Shown: positions 47,822-61,512, numbered from the stretch's first letter. The stretch: 64,000 bases of DNA from Guillardia theta CCMP2712 (GCF_000315625.1 NW_005434657.1:83539-147538); one strand, 5' to 3'. The notes: a model not told the origin generated them from the letters alone. Program-made: numbers and translations.

Positions 47822-50800
47822 CTATTCCAAATCCTCCACTGTGATGTTAGCTGCATTCGGGTGTTGTGCCGTCGAGGCCGAGTTCCTCCTTGGGTGCTCC
47901 GGGTTCCAAACACGAACGAAGTCGTTGCCGATCTCGATGGCGGTAGCGGATCCAGAGCGCTTCCTGGCGATGTTGGGCTGTACTTCGCCGACTCCTGACC
48001 TCGATCGGTCGCGACGAGCGAGAGAGAAGGCGAGAGCGAAGTCGCGTTCGTTGATGCTGTTCCGTCGCTGCCGGCTGACGTCGGAGTTGAAGTACTGGAC
48101 CACTGAGAGCCGGGGAGCGACCTTCTCCCGCCGTCGTCGAACACCGCTGTAGCTCAAGCAGTAGAAGACGATGACGGCGAGGAGTACGCCTCCTAGTGCG
48201 CAGGCTGCGATCATTGCCGTGTACGACAGAGGGACTCCCGAGCTAGTGCTGGCCGAGAAGGAGGTGATCTGAGGGTTTGTAGTCGCCGACGCCTCCGGTA
48301 AGCCATGTCGTCTGAACTGCTCGTTGAGGTTCTTGAGGTTCAGGTTCCCCGCCACTGCCCTCGCGTCCGTCTGAGTAGCAGTGACGATGCTGAAGCCGAC
48401 CTGAACGTTGCTCGAGCTACGTCTCGCTGCCTGTACCTTGTTGATAATCACCGTCGATGGGTCCACCGCTGCTGTCGCAGCCACGGAAGTTCGGAATTGG
48501 ACGCGTTTGGCGTTGTCGAAGGACTGCAAGGCGATTGGAAGCGTGACCTGCATCTGGACTTGGATGTTAGGAGTCACGCCGGACGACGACGGGGAAAGCT
48601 GCGAGCTGGTCGAGTCCTGCAAGTCACTTCTAAGGGAGCGAAGCAGCGGGCAACTGGAGGGACCTGACTCTGATTCACGTAGTAGATCAATTTCTCCACC
48701 AGATGCGTTCTGTTGATGTAGATGACCTGTGGCGAGGTTACATGGTTGAGATGATCGTCAGAATCGTACTCACTTTTGGTATCTCGACTGTTCGATTCAG
48801 GAAGGCCATCTGAGGCAAGACCGTGAAGTCAGACATGAACTGAAGAAGTCGAGATAACCTTTGGGAAGACCATTTTGTCAAGAGACACGTAGTAAGAAAG
48901 GTTGGAACAGAGCGTCTGAGAGCAAGAGTAAGATGATTCCTCCATTTGCAAGGAGACAAACCTTGTATGAAATGTCTGAAGTGTCAAAATCTGAGCAATC
49001 AGCAAAGTTACAATCAATCGTTGCAGAAAAAAAAATATTGAACCTGGAAATGATTGAAAATATCTGCAAAGAGCATCGGCTATCCCGAACAAATTGACAG
49101 CAAGAAACGAATTCAAATGGGGCTGAAAACAAGTGAGAAGCGAAACAAAATAAACAAATACAGCACCTTGCAGGTTACAAACAGTCGCCCATGATTGAAA
49201 ATAATCTAAGAAAAGACAGCTTCAGTAAACAAGAAAAGAGCATTTTAGGATAAACCTCCGCCTGGCAGTCCTCCCCGTTGATATTGACCGTAACATTGGA
49301 TTGGTTCTGAAAAAAGAAGATGAAAAACCAAGCACTCTGCCTGTCCTTCCTCCCTACCTGTGGAGCTTGGCACATGATCTCCTTGCACGTCACGTACTCC
49401 TTCCCGTCCATGTACCGTATCTGCCCCGGCCCCGTCAGCCCGCCCTCCGCCCCGCCTGTCTCCTCTCCTCCTCCCCTCCTNNNNNNNNNNNNNNNNNNNN
49501 NNNNNNNNNNNNNNNNNNNNNNNNNNNNNNNNNNNNNNNNNNNNNNNNNNNNNNNNNNNNNNNNNNNNNNNNNNNNNNNNTCCCGGCCTCTCCCCCCTTG
49601 GATCCTCCCCGTGTCCTTACCTCTCCCTGGCAGTCCTCCCCGTTGATATTGAGCGTGACGTTGGTCTGGTTCTGCGTACACGCCCCCCGTCGTCAGTGTC
49701 GCCTGCCCCCGCCTCCTCCCTGCCTCCCTACCTGTGGAGCTTGGCACATGATCTCCTTGCACGTCACGTACTCCTTCCCGTCCATGTACCGTATCTGCCC
49801 CGGCCCCGTCAGCCCGCCCTCCGCCCCGCCTGTCTCCTCTCCTCCTCCCCTCCTGCCTCCCCCTTCTCCCTCGCGCTCTCCCGGCCTCTCCCCCCTTGGA
49901 TCCTCCCCGTGTCCTTACCTCCGCCTGGCAGTCCTCCCCGTTGATATTTACAGTAGTATTTGTTTGGTTCGCTGGCTGTTTTTATCTTTCAGATTCATTG
50001 TACGAATTCTCAGGTTTACCTGAGTTTGCACATTGACGTTATACTGGTATGTTTGCTGAATTTGAATCTGTTTTTTAAGTCATCGTGTCTTTCAAAATAT
50101 TTGCTTTTCTCTTTGCCTGGTTGTTGACAGTTGTCTGATTTTCGAGGTAAACAATCTTCTCTTGGTATAGAGGTATTTGATCGGAGCTATTTACATATAC
50201 GAGGACTTGAACCTAAAAGTCTTTCAATGTTTGGTCAAGGTTGCAATCTCTTCGACACGTCACCTCCTTTGGTATCTCTACAATTTTCTCGATATAGACA
50301 GGTTTCTCTATGTAGATCACTTTCTCTACCTGCAGACATTGAAGTCAATCATTGACATGTTTCCGACGTCTCAAACCGTTAAGATGCGACTGACAGGGTT
50401 TTGCGCCTGCACCTGTAATCGCTCTTTAGACGAGTTGGAAGCTCAGTGTTGTCCTACCGGAATCGCAATAAAGCATGTCCCGAACCCAGAGAGAGAGAAA
50501 GTCCCTTGAGGGCAGGGAGAACATGAACTTGAATGAGGAGTTGAGTAGGATCCATCCGGACAGACTGTACATGACGAGGAGCCTTGCACAGAGAACGTCC
50601 CAGCTTCGCAAGGGAGGCAGGACCCCATGTCGTGATAGTACCCGGCTGCACAAGTCCATTCACAGTTGCTGGAGACTGGCAAACTTTCTTGGAGATAGAC
50701 AGCGTTTGCAGGTTTGTTAGTGCAAACACTGCAGGCTTGCGGTCCACTGGAGGGTTTGAAAGAGCCAGCCGGGCATATCGTGCAATTCTTCGATCCAACA

Positions 50801-51761
50801 GGACCCGTGTAGCCGGGATCGCAATAGCACTGCGGATGTCCCGGATCCTTGTGGCAAGATACGGTCCCGCACTGATGAAGATTCAGAAATCTCAGAAGAG
50901 CAAAACACAAACAATCTCGTACTTCCTGGAGTCACAGCAGAGATAAAAGGGACAGCGGAGGATGGAAAACAGTCTTGATTAGTGAAGGAAGGCAACGAAA
51001 AGAACAATCACCATCGTGGGATTGTCCTGTAGATCAAAAGAAAGTTGTCAAGTCGTAAACCTTCACAATTTGATGCAAGCTCACGTAAAAACACTGCAGT
51101 CCGCGAGGTCGATCGCAACAAAGAATCGGTTACACCATCAACGAAGATTGAATGCATTTTACATACTGTCAGCAAATCAGTCAGTGCGATGGCAACGAAA
51201 CTCCACAAAAGGTGAATGAGAAGGAAAGTTGAGATGAGGATGACTTACATTCTGTAGTCCGAAATCAGCCAGGACAAGCAAAAAAGCGTTCATCAGATTT
51301 GACAAGTTCAACAACAAGGTCTTACATCTTGGAATCCCTCCGGCTTCGCACAGGAAATGAAAAGCAATCGCAAAACGTTCAACATGACTCAATTTCAGAG
51401 GAGAAAGATCTTCACCTTCTGCAATGGACAGACAGGTCAGTGAAGCACAGAGTTCATGAGGGTCAGCGTACCGGCTGCACCAGGGAAGATGGTAGCGGGA
51501 GCGAGATAGACATCAGTCAGACGTACGGTTAAGACTCGATGGGAACAACTTACCCCCTAGCCAAGGAACATGGATCAGTATGAACCCTCATCAGCGAGTA
51601 GAGAAACGACTTACACAGTCGAACTTGTACGAGAATCCGAATCGTGTCGGAACATCGCTGCATCCGTGGTAATCGCAGTCCGCTTGCTCGGTACAATTCA
51701 CTGCTAAAGTCAAACAAAGGCGCAAAGAGAAGAGAAGAGAGAATAAGATTGAAAATTTCAT
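47822..51761 (-). CDS. Single-pass type I membrane protein with EGF/GCC2-GCC3 (ephrin-receptor-like) Cys-rich repeats, repeated IPT-like exons and a juxtamembrane SEA-like domain
   Basis: Signal peptide MKFSILFSLLFSLRLCLTLA (ATG 51761); CYCDPGYTGP..CTICPAGSFKP..CEWTCAAGYY..CLPCEAGTFS..CPDGSYS; QVTLPIALQSFD..FRTSVAATAAVDPSTV; TM AMIAACALGGVLLAVIVFYCL followed by basic RRRR. Confidence 0.72.
49261..49967 (-). repeat. Intragenic tandem duplication of an exon-intron-exon-intron unit spanning a gap
   Basis: 'cctggcagtcctccccgttgatatt' at ~49261, ~49627 and ~49925; exon IRYMDGKEYVTCKEIMCQAPQ plus its intron is identical at ~49350-49480 and ~49725-49855. Confidence 0.9.
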
Positions 51762-52659
51762 GAGCGAACAAGAATTCTTTGTCACAGCCATCTCCTGGAA
51801 TCCTTCATCGTCGTCAAATACAGCGTCACCTGCGTGCAATTGAGGACAAAGTGGTGGGATCTTGTACCGTGAGAGATCGAGATGATTCTCCTGACTATCC
51901 AAGAATTGGATTGCAGACTGATAAACATCGTTTTCAACTTTTCGCTCTCGACGCCATCTCCCTTCTGCCTTCCAAAGCTTTGCCTCTACCTTCTCCAAAA
52001 ATCCTCTCCCCTCTCCTACCTGTCCTCCCCACTCAAATCCTCTCCTCTCCTCATCTGGTCTTTTCTCTCTTCCCATATCTTTTCTTTTTGTTCTCCCCTT
52101 CCCTCCTCCTATGACCTCTCTTGCCTCCTCCCCTCCCTCGTCCCCCCCATTCAACCTCCTTTTTCGGCTTCTCCCCTTTTCCTTTCCTCGCCTCGCCTCA
52201 CCTCTTCCCTCCTGTTTTCTCTCCCCTTTCACTCTGCAAGCTTGCTTTCCCTGATCTGCCCCCTTTTTTTCCCCTCTTTTCTCTCCTTGAACAGTTGATT
52301 TTCGTCCTTGTAAAGCACGGTCATTATTTGTTTCTCCCAGTCAAATCATGTCTTGACTGCTCTCCTTGTCGTTTCCATCCCCCATATCCTTCACATTCCT
52401 CTATGTTCATCTAGTTCTCTCCTCCTCTCTCCTCCTCTCCTCCTCTCTCCCCCTTGTCTTCCTCAACCCCCCAACTTCCTTCCCCTGTCCCGCTCATGCA
52501 GTCGTACATTCTTCATGGTTGGAGTAAACCCTTTATAATTACTAATTGAGGTTTATAATTGTTTTGAGTTGTTTTATTATTTTTGGCTGGTCATCAGTCG
52601 CAAAAACAGGCAGATATTGAGTGATTTTGCTCCTGCGGGCAATGGCCGGACAAGATTTC

Positions 52660-52775
52660 ATGGCTGGAGGAGAGGGAGAAAGTAAGACGAACGGCAATGG
52701 CTGGAGGGGCGGGAGAAAGTAAGACGAACGGCAATGGCTGGAGGAGAGGGAGAAAGTAAGACGAACGGCAATTGC
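52660..52775. repeat. 37-bp tandem repeat x3
   Basis: 'atggctggaggagagggagaaagtaagacgaacggca' three times. Confidence 0.9.
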
Positions 52776-53344
52776 TGGAGAAGTGGTAGATAGTTGAACG
52801 AGTGGAAGATTGTTAAAAAGAGATCAGGATTAGGGGAGAGCATGCTTCACTGTGATGAGAATGTTCGAAAGAGCGTTGAGGCTCCTCTATGACACATCAT
52901 TCTTTGAGAAGTGATGTCCCAATAGTAGGGGAGCGCATGTTTTTTGGATGGTATGAGAGCCATGGCGGAGGCCAAGGACATGACGTGTCGAGAAGAAGTC
53001 GAAGATACTTCTTCTGATATCATTGATATTGCAGACGAGGATGTGAAGATCGTCAACTCCTCAGATCTGACATGTACAAGAACAAGAGCTCAAGGACCAG
53101 GCAAAGGGCCAGCACTTGTTGTAGCTGCTCTCCAACAAAGCTCTCCTCGAGTATCTCGGGTTTGAGGCCCATGTTCTTCTTTTCCACCTTTGTACTGCTA
53201 TCGCTGTTGCTTGCACGATTGCATATCATCAGCACTGTAGCTTTGACGAAACATCAGTATTATTTCTTCAACGACATTGCACGACTTGTAGAGCGAATTT
53301 ATTCTTTGTGACAAATGAAAGACCATCTTATCACTGTTGTTGTT

Positions 53345-53966
53345 CTAAGCCTTCTTGAGCTTGGCCAGCTTTTGAAGGACTTCGTGCCGGACTTGGGACA
53401 CGCGATCAGCATGATCCTTTTCTTCACATTCATACTTCAGTGATTCAAACGCCATCTCAAAATGTGGGCATACCTATTTCGTCGAAGTTGATGTTCAAAT
53501 CTTCCACAATTCTCGAAATGACTGAGTTTGTCTGAGATTTCATGCTGCATCAGATCGAAGTACACTTTCCTCAAAATTTTACCTTGCCATGAATAGTGGT
53601 AGCTTTGTTGACAAACGAATCAAAATAATTTTCGGCATCCGAGAATTCGGAAGATCTTTCTACTTTGAGCTGAAAGTTGCACAGATCTTCAAGTGCTGCA
53701 AGTGCTTTCTGAGAGAGAAAAATGCTTTAGGAAATAAAAACTTGAGGCGGTAAAACAGATTGTCAAATCGCATCATGTCAGAGTAAGACAGTAAGATTTT
53801 TATCTCTTGTTCACACGGAAAGGTAGTCGTGTTGATTGGATCGCGATAAGAATTTGATGATGGTGGAGTTATCTAGAAGATCTCGACGAGTGATAATGAA
53901 CAGATGTAGGCAAGAATTCAATCATGAAGGTTTCGCACTCGCAAGTTTCTGGGGATTTCCCGCCAT
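53345..53966 (-). CDS. Small hypothetical protein (AT-rich, multi-exon)
   Basis: MAGNPQKL.. ALAALEDLCNFQLKVE..|YISRIVEDLNINFDEI|EKDHADRVSQVRHEVLQKLAKLKKA*. Confidence 0.4.
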
Positions 53967-54024
53967 GTCGGCGACTTCTTACCGATCGATCTGCCATTAT
54001 GAAAGTTTGTGGTCTGAATGAAAC

Positions 54025-54215
54025 TGCGGGGGTAGGGGTCCCAAATTGAAAGCCGAATGTCTTTGTAGACCGGTGTGCCTCTGTGTAATGAGTGGGTAGA
54101 TAGTGGGTAGGGGTACTTCAGTCAAAATGTTGTTAGGGGTGGGGGTCTGGCAAGGGCGGGAAACTGGGACCCCCCGAAAGATTCTGGAAAATGGTGGGGG
54201 TGGGGGTGGGGTGGA
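54025..54215. promoter_or_regulatory. G-rich motif cluster in divergent intergenic region
   Basis: GGGGGTAGGGGT (54028), GGGTAGGGGT, GGGGTGGGGGT, GGTGGGGGTGGGGGTGGGGTGG. Confidence 0.45.
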
Positions 54216-54226
54216 GAGCGGTTTTG

Positions 54227-55175
54227 ATGGATGATGTACATGAAATCCAGTTGGAAGTCGAGGAGGAGGAGGAGGAGGAGGAGGAGAGGAGGAGGAGGAG
54301 AGAGCGTTCTGAGGTTGGTCAAGGGAGCCTCGGAGGAACAGACGATGGATGGAGAGAAGAGGCAGGAGGGAGACCCCACGCTAAGGGGAGGAAGGTGACA
54401 TTCAGGGATGATGCTAGGGTAGCAGACGACATTGGTGCAGAGCCAACAGGTGAGGGGGCGGGGGAGGTGTTCTTGTGAATGACATGTATGCCGTAGTCCA
54501 GGGGAAGGAGAATGGCATGAGCGAATTCATCCAGCAATATTATGATGACGATGCCGTAGACATCATCGGCAGGCCTTTGAAGCAGATGTGAGCCTGTTGC
54601 TGCTGATGCGTTCGAAGATCCTCTAACAAAGAAAGCGATGTAGGATGGAGCTCAGGATCAAGGCACAGGAAGATCAAGATGCAGCTTTCCAGCAAGGTGT
54701 TGGATATCCCACGAAGGGGGGTAAAGATAAGTCTTCAGCTCCGACATTGAATTGATTAATTTTCTCAGTCGAAGTTGCGGACGACCGAGCAAGCTGCTAT
54801 CTGAAGCTCTTCATCTTGGGCTTGATCGTTAGTATCGTCGCACTAGGAACATGTGGTATCTTGTGCATCGCATCGAATGGTTGACGTCCTGCTGGTTGGA
54901 CTCCTGTGAGCTAACTGTCTTGACGATTGCAGGCGAGGGACCGACGTGCGGGTCTGGTTTGGGAGCAGGGATCGCCATGGTCGGGACTTCTTCTTGCTCC
55001 CCCACCTGACCTTGAGCCCCAGACTGTGATCGCCTTTGTCCTGGCTGGTCGTGGAGCGATATTTCTGCGGAAGTATGAGAGGATTGTCAAACGAAGCTTG
55101 AGGGGTGAGGAGGAGGATGAAAAGAAGAGGAATGCGAGTGAAATTGGCGCAGGTCCCATCTATCGCTCGACTTGA
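54227..55175 (+). CDS. Small membrane protein with an acidic N-terminus, a KVTF (RVxF-like) motif and two C-terminal TM helices
   Basis: MDDVHEIQLEVEEE..RKVTFRDD; LKLFILGLIVSIVALGTCGILCIA; LGAGIAM|TVIAFVLAG; stop at 55175. Confidence 0.55.
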
Positions 55176-55204
55176 GGAGCATGTTTGCTAGAAAACAAAA
55201 TGAT

Positions 55205-55828
55205 CTAAACATCAATGCGCGTCATCGCAGAGAAGTCTCTGCACATCGATAACGACTGAGACCCACTCGTGTACGAGACCGCAGGTCTCTGATAGAGCCC
55301 AGGCCTGTTGCAACTCAGTTCCATCGGCATCAACAGCATCCTTACCTGCGAGGAAGACGACCGAGCGAAGATCTTTGCGGCGAGTTTCGTCCTCTCCATG
55401 TACTCTTTCTTCCCCGCCGCTCTAACTTCTTCCTTGCTGAGCTGCAGCGAGCCCATCTTGGCTGGCAGGTTATTCCCGAGCTTGTCCCTCAGCTCCGCCC
55501 ATGTGAGCGCCTCGTCCTTGCTGAGACCGAGAAGGACGGCAAGAGCTCCTAGAGTTGCAGTGGCCGTCCTTGAAGGCTCCCCGCTTCTTGCAGCCATCGC
55601 AGAGCTGCCTGGTTGGCATCCGTAGCCTCCTGTAGCTGGGACTCCAGTCTCTCCTTCTGGGCTCTCCCGATCTCCTGGTGTGACGTGTCAGATTCTGTTC
55701 ACTCCTCTCGCGGTTGGAACCCACCACCAGATCCTCGTCTTCAGAGGCTCTCGAGGTCTCGGGAAACGAGGATCGCTTCGAGGGTTGCGACGAGTGAGAC
55801 CTGGCTGAATGTCACCTCCGCGCTGAAG

Positions 55829-55915
<87 letters not shown>

Positions 55916-58900
55916 ACATCGTCATCATCATCATCATCATCATCATCATCCCGCTCCTCCACGCTACCTCAAAGTTTCTAGCTCTGCCCGGAGCTGATCT
56001 CTCTCATTTTGCAGCTTTTGCAGCTCCTTCTCCGCCTCCTGCAACACCTTCTGCGAGTTTCGGATGTCGAGCATCCGCTGGGCCTGGAGGGCCTCGAACC
56101 TCTCCTCTATCTCCCGCTGCCGGCGCTTGGAGTATTCTTCTCTCTCCTCCACCTCCGTCACTTTCTTCTCCAGCTCAGAAATGTTCATAAGCGCCTGTGA
56201 GAACCAGCCAAGTCAACACCCTCCTCTCCTCCTTTTCTCTCTCCTCCTTCTCTCTCGTTCTTCTCGTCCTCTACCATCGCCTCTTCATCCTCTCCACCTC
56301 ACCATGTCCAGAGCTGTCCCCTGCGGCTCAAGCGCAACGAGCTCCAACTGAAGCTTCTCCTCCGCAGCTTTCCGATCCTCCAGCTCAGCCCGCAAACTTC
56401 TCCTCTCATCCCGCAGCCCCTCCACCTCCTCCTCAAGCTGGGAAAGCTTGTGCTGGGCCGCCGACAATTCCTCCTTTGCCTTTCTCAGCTGCGAGCAAGG
56501 TGAGAACAGATCTTCCAGAACAGGCTCAACTACCTCGCCCTTGACGCCCTCTGCTGCTTCCTCCTCGGCTCCAGCAGACTTCTGCAGCTCCTTCTCCACC
56601 GCCTTGAGAGCTTTTCGGAGCGTCTCTGACTCCTCGCGCGCGATCTTCAAGCTGCGGGTCAGCTCCGAGCTCTCTGACTTCTGCTGCTGCAGCTCCCCCC
56701 TCATGTGCGAGAGCTCCGCTTCCCTCTCCTTCACCCGCTTCCCCCAGCTCTCCTCGGCCTCCACCTTGGCCTTCAGCAGCTCCTCCTTGGCATCGTTGAG
56801 CTGCCTTGTCACTGCCAGCAGGTTCTGCTGGGACGAGTGCAACTCGAGTCTTGTGTCCATCAGCTCCTGCCTCGCCCGTGCCAGCTCCTCCTCCTCCTCC
56901 TCCTTGCAGCCCAGACCTCGTCGCTCCATCTGAGGCTCATCCTTGACAAGTTTGACAAGCTCGTCCGTATGGCTGTGACTCTTCGCCTTCAGGTTGACGT
57001 TCTCAACCTTGAGATCCTTGACTTGTCTCACGAGACTGTCGTGCAGCTTCATCCGCTCCTTCAGCTCCTCCTTCACCGACGACAGCCGCCTGTCCAGCTC
57101 CTCTGCGGCTTCGCGGCTCCTCTTCGTGTCGTACTCACACTGGCCCAATCTCTCCTCCGCATTATCCCTCTCCCTCTGCAAAGTCTTCAATCGCTCCCTG
57201 TACTTCTTCTGCACCGACAAAGTCAGGACGCAGAATAGTGTCAAGGAAACAACTGACCTCGCTCTCTCCTATCTCCTCCTCCTTCTTCTCAAGGACCTTA
57301 CACAAGTTCTCGTTCGTCTCTTTCATCTGCGCGATCTGCTTGCGCAGCTTGTCCACGTACGAGTCATGCTCCTGCTTCAGATTCTTCACGTACGACTGCT
57401 CGTTCTTCAGGAGCGTCTGCGCAGACTGCAGCTCTCGCTGAAGGAAGAGGTTCGAGCTCCTCCCTTCCTCCAGCACTTTCTTGACACCAGCAAGCTCCTC
57501 CTCGAGCTTGCCCGCCTTCTCCTTGAAGCTCTCTCTGCTCCTCTTCGCTTCTGCCTCACTTCGGCTCAACGCTGACTGACTTGCCTTCAACTGGTTGCTC
57601 CACTCCTCCTCTACCATCTTCGAACGATCGACCTGGCTTGCCAGAGCTTTCTTCGCTTCCTCCAGCGCCTCTTGACACGTTCCCAACGCCTCTCGAAGGC
57701 TGCTGATCGTCTTTCCCTTCAGCTCTGCCTCCACCTTCTCTTTCCTCTTCGCTTCTTCCAGCTCCCCTCTCAGACCTTTCTGCTTCTCCTGCAGTCTCCC
57801 GATCTCTTCCCTCAGCTCTGACGCCTCCGTCTCCGCCTTTTCTGCGCGCTTAACGAGTTTGTCCTTGCGGCACGAGTCAACTAAGGAAGGAGGAGGAGGC
57901 GACAGACAGACAGGAGGAAGAGAATGCTGAACAAGACAGGCCAAGGGAGTAAAGGTAGAGGAGAGAGCTGGGGAGGAGAAACAACGGGAAGGGAGGGGGT
58001 CTGGCAGAAGGGATCAGGGGTTGGAGAAGGCAAGGACTTACATGCTTTTCGACGGCAGTTCGAAGTTCCCTCTGTGCGTTCGACTCTGCAAACTGCGCAT
58101 CCTTTATCGTCGATTCGACGGCAGCAGAGAGACTCGCGTGCTCCTGGGCCGCTCGTGCCTTGAACGAGTCGATCTCTCGCTGGAGCTCCACCATCCTCTT
58201 CCTCAGCTCGTCGATCAGCATCGAGTCCTCCTGCTTCTTTTCTTCCATCCTCTTGATCGCTTCCACGAGGTTCTGCAGCCAGCACAAGTCAGGCAAGCGA
58301 ACATTCAGGTGTCCTTCTTAACCTCTCTTTCCTTCTGTTTGCTCTCCTCCAGCCGCGCTAGCTCGCTATGAAGCCCTTTCACTTGCGCCTCGAACTCCCT
58401 CCTAGCCCTTTCGCTCTCAATCTTCTCCTCCTCCATCTGGAGACGAGTCTCCTCTTCACGCTCCTCAAGCTTCTCCGTCGCCCTCCGAAGCTTGTCCTTC
58501 AGGGCCTCGGCCTCTGCCGCCTGCTCTCTGTTCCTCTTCAGCGCTTCTCCGAGCAAGTCCTGCATCTCCTCCTGCATCTTCCTGACCTGCACCTGAAAAG
58601 TCTCGCTGTCCTTCTCCTGCAGGTCTTGAAAGTCTCGATTCGACCTCCGCAGGTTCTCCTTCGCCTCCAGACAATCTTGGCGAAGCTGCAGGCAGGCAAG
58701 AACGATCAGAAGTGGAGGAAGGAGGAGCAAGCGAGAGGGAGAGGGAGCAGGAGTGGAGACAAGGAAAGTGGAAGTGCGAGTGCAACTGAGCAGCAGGTGA
58801 GCAGCGCTGGGGTCATCGGGCTGTCACCTGCAAGCAGACGGATTCTTGCTCTGCCAGCTTACTCGTCAGGTCTTGGATCGTAGACTTCTGCTCGTCGAGC

Positions 58901-59850
58901 AGCCGCATCGCAGAGCTGACTGTCTCAACAGGATCGAGGAGGTTGGTGTTCACCAGCTGGTCCCGAGCTGCCGACAGCACAGACTCTAACTTGCAGATCT
59001 GAAAAGGGAGCAGGCACTGATGAGAAGGAGAAAAAGAGAGGAGCAGGTTCGACAGCGGGCAGAGGGCAAACAAAGGAGTGCGAGGGAGGAGAGGTGAGGG
59101 TGGGGAAGGGGGGAGACACAGCAGCGCATGGCTGACCTTCTCTTCAGCCTTGGCTGCGCGATCCTCGGCTGCGGCCAGGAGGGACTGGAAGGAACGGGTA
59201 GCGTCCTCAGTGCTCTGGTCCGATGAGGCGAGCTTGGCACGGAGGATCCGGAGCTCCTCGGACTTGCTCGCCAGGCTCATCTTGGCGGCGTCTGCTGCCT
59301 CCTTGGCAGTGAAGACCTCATGCGCACAAGTTGCCCTGACATGCTCCAGCTGATACAGGAGCTCGTCGCTGCGATCCTGCTCGTCCTTGAGCTCTTTCCT
59401 GCACTCCAGCGCATCCTCGTGCGCCTTCTCCAGCGCCTGCAGCAGCTCGTGGATCTGAGAGGAGTAGTCGAGCGACATGTGGGAGGGCTCTGGCTTCCGC
59501 TCATTGTGCTGGGGTACCGACTGGAGCACCTGCTCCTCATTCATGGGATGGCTGCTGTGAAGGGACCGAAACGATCGCTCGGTGAGCTTGAACTTCAGTT
59601 CTCGGACCTCCGTCTCGAGCCGCTCTACTGCCCGCTGACTCTCGTTGGCGCTCCTGCGGTTCATTTCGCGAGCATGCTGTAGGTCGACCTCAGCCTGCTG
59701 GAGCTTGCTCTCAAGCTCTCGCACTCTCCCCTGCAGCTTCAGGTTCTCCTTGAGCGCCACCACCTCGATCGACCTGTCAGAATCTTCTGATCCGAAGGCT
59801 GTCGAGGGCCACGAGGTTGTTAGGGGGATCGAGCTGTAGCGCGAGGCCAT
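55205..59850 (-). CDS. Large intracellular coiled-coil protein (myosin-tail/centrosomal-like), multi-exon
   Basis: MASRYSSIPL.. followed by long E/K/R/L heptad exons (ORFs 58813..59967, 58305..58730, 57877..58296, 57162..57944, 56285..57244, 55964..56188). Confidence 0.7.
55829..55950. repeat. (TCA)n/(TCGTCA)n microsatellite, intronic
   Basis: Direct reading. Confidence 0.95.
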
Positions 59851-60045
59851 GGCCAATGAGTGTGGTCTTGGAGGGTCTGCCTGTGGGCCCGTAGACCAGT
59901 CCCTTCTTCCTTGGACCTGCAAGGAACCGACCCTTCCTCCCTGATATCTGCTGTCCGATGGGTTCATCGAGACTGACGGTCACTCCCTTGAACCACACAT
60001 CCTCCTCTAGCTCTAGCAGAGTTCTCTTGCTTGTTGCCTCAGAAA

Positions 60046-60232
<187 letters not shown>

Positions 60233-61139
60233 CTTCGCTCCCTCAAGCTGCTTCGCCACTTTGTGTTCTCATCCCGAGGATCCTCTTGGTTTACTCAAAG
60301 TTAAGTTAAAATCAGTACGAGGACAATCCTCTAGAAATAGCTGGGCCCTCATCCCACCGCTGACTCCGGACTCCGGGAGCAGTCCTGGGAGCAGTCCAGG
60401 GAGCAGTCGGTGGCAGGGAGTAAGTTACGGTATGGTGGATGGACAGGCCCTCCGAACGGAATGCAGTAGGATCTACAATCATGGAAGAAAGGGGGCAGCA
60501 AGACTCGACACCTTGAGCTGCTCTTCAGTCACGAAACTTCTTGAGAAGCCTTCATCAGCCTTCGGGGTGCTGGCAATCTTCGGAACTTGATCTCCCGGCA
60601 TGGAGTATCTCCCACCTTGTTCATTGTCAAAAACAAGGTATTCCATCTTGTCAAAATCATGGTATTCCATCATGCCATTGTCAAAAACATGGTATCAAGT
60701 GGTGGAACGTATGCCAGCCGTGCCAGTCAGATAGCGCCGAGTTAACTTCTCCTGACGGTAAAGCAAGACATTCGGACTTACTAGCCGCGGCGTGGCAAGG
60801 CGGCGGATGTAGCGTGTGGGGCCGAAGAGGGGGCTTTCCTAACCGTCTTGCTAAGGTCCTCTCATGTCTGGATGCTTGGGTTTCACATCCTAGCATACAG
60901 TCTATCTCTCATGTGCTCCTCAATACTGGTTTTTGTGTCACAGTGCATTAAACTCGGTCTTGAGCAAAAACTGTCTTGTTACACATTGAACTAAGGTCGA
61001 TGTGATATCTGCGTGACTTTGGACTAGTACCCAAGTACCATCATTGTCGGCAAAAACTTTAAAACCGTGATGCCACGGTCACTGATCCCATCATTGTCAA
61101 TAATGACAATAGAATAGCATCCCCCTCATACTCACCTGA

Positions 61140-61230
61140 GGGGGCCGTGGTCTCGAGTAGGTAGGGGGTGAAGTGAATACCGGTGTTTATTCGACATTCT
61201 CGGGTCGTAGAGGGGGTAGGGTTACCTTTC
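61140..61230. promoter_or_regulatory. G-rich motif cluster upstream of the channel gene
   Basis: GGTAGGGGGTG (~61160), GGGGGTAGGGTT (~61212). Confidence 0.35.
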
Positions 61231-61512
61231 TGGGCAGTGGAGGAGTTAGTTTGACTCACCGGAAATGGAGTTGTGATAGAGCGCGACAGAGGAAGGGGGA
61301 GGAAGGGAAGGGAAGGGAAGGGAAGGGAAGAGATCATACAAGGAAAGAGAAGATAAGGGATCGGAGAAGAGAAGAGAAAGGAGGAAGAGAACAGAGTGCG
61401 AAGGACATGGGAGCAACGAGAGAGGAGGGGAGGAGTCCGGGAAGGGGAGATGCTAGACAGAGGAAGGAGTGCTGAGGACCGGAAGGAGGGGAAGAGGATG
61501 TGAACAAATGTA

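Noticed and set aside
60681-60951. Possible recombinase or retroelement coding fragment
   Set aside because: No convincing catalytic motif in any frame
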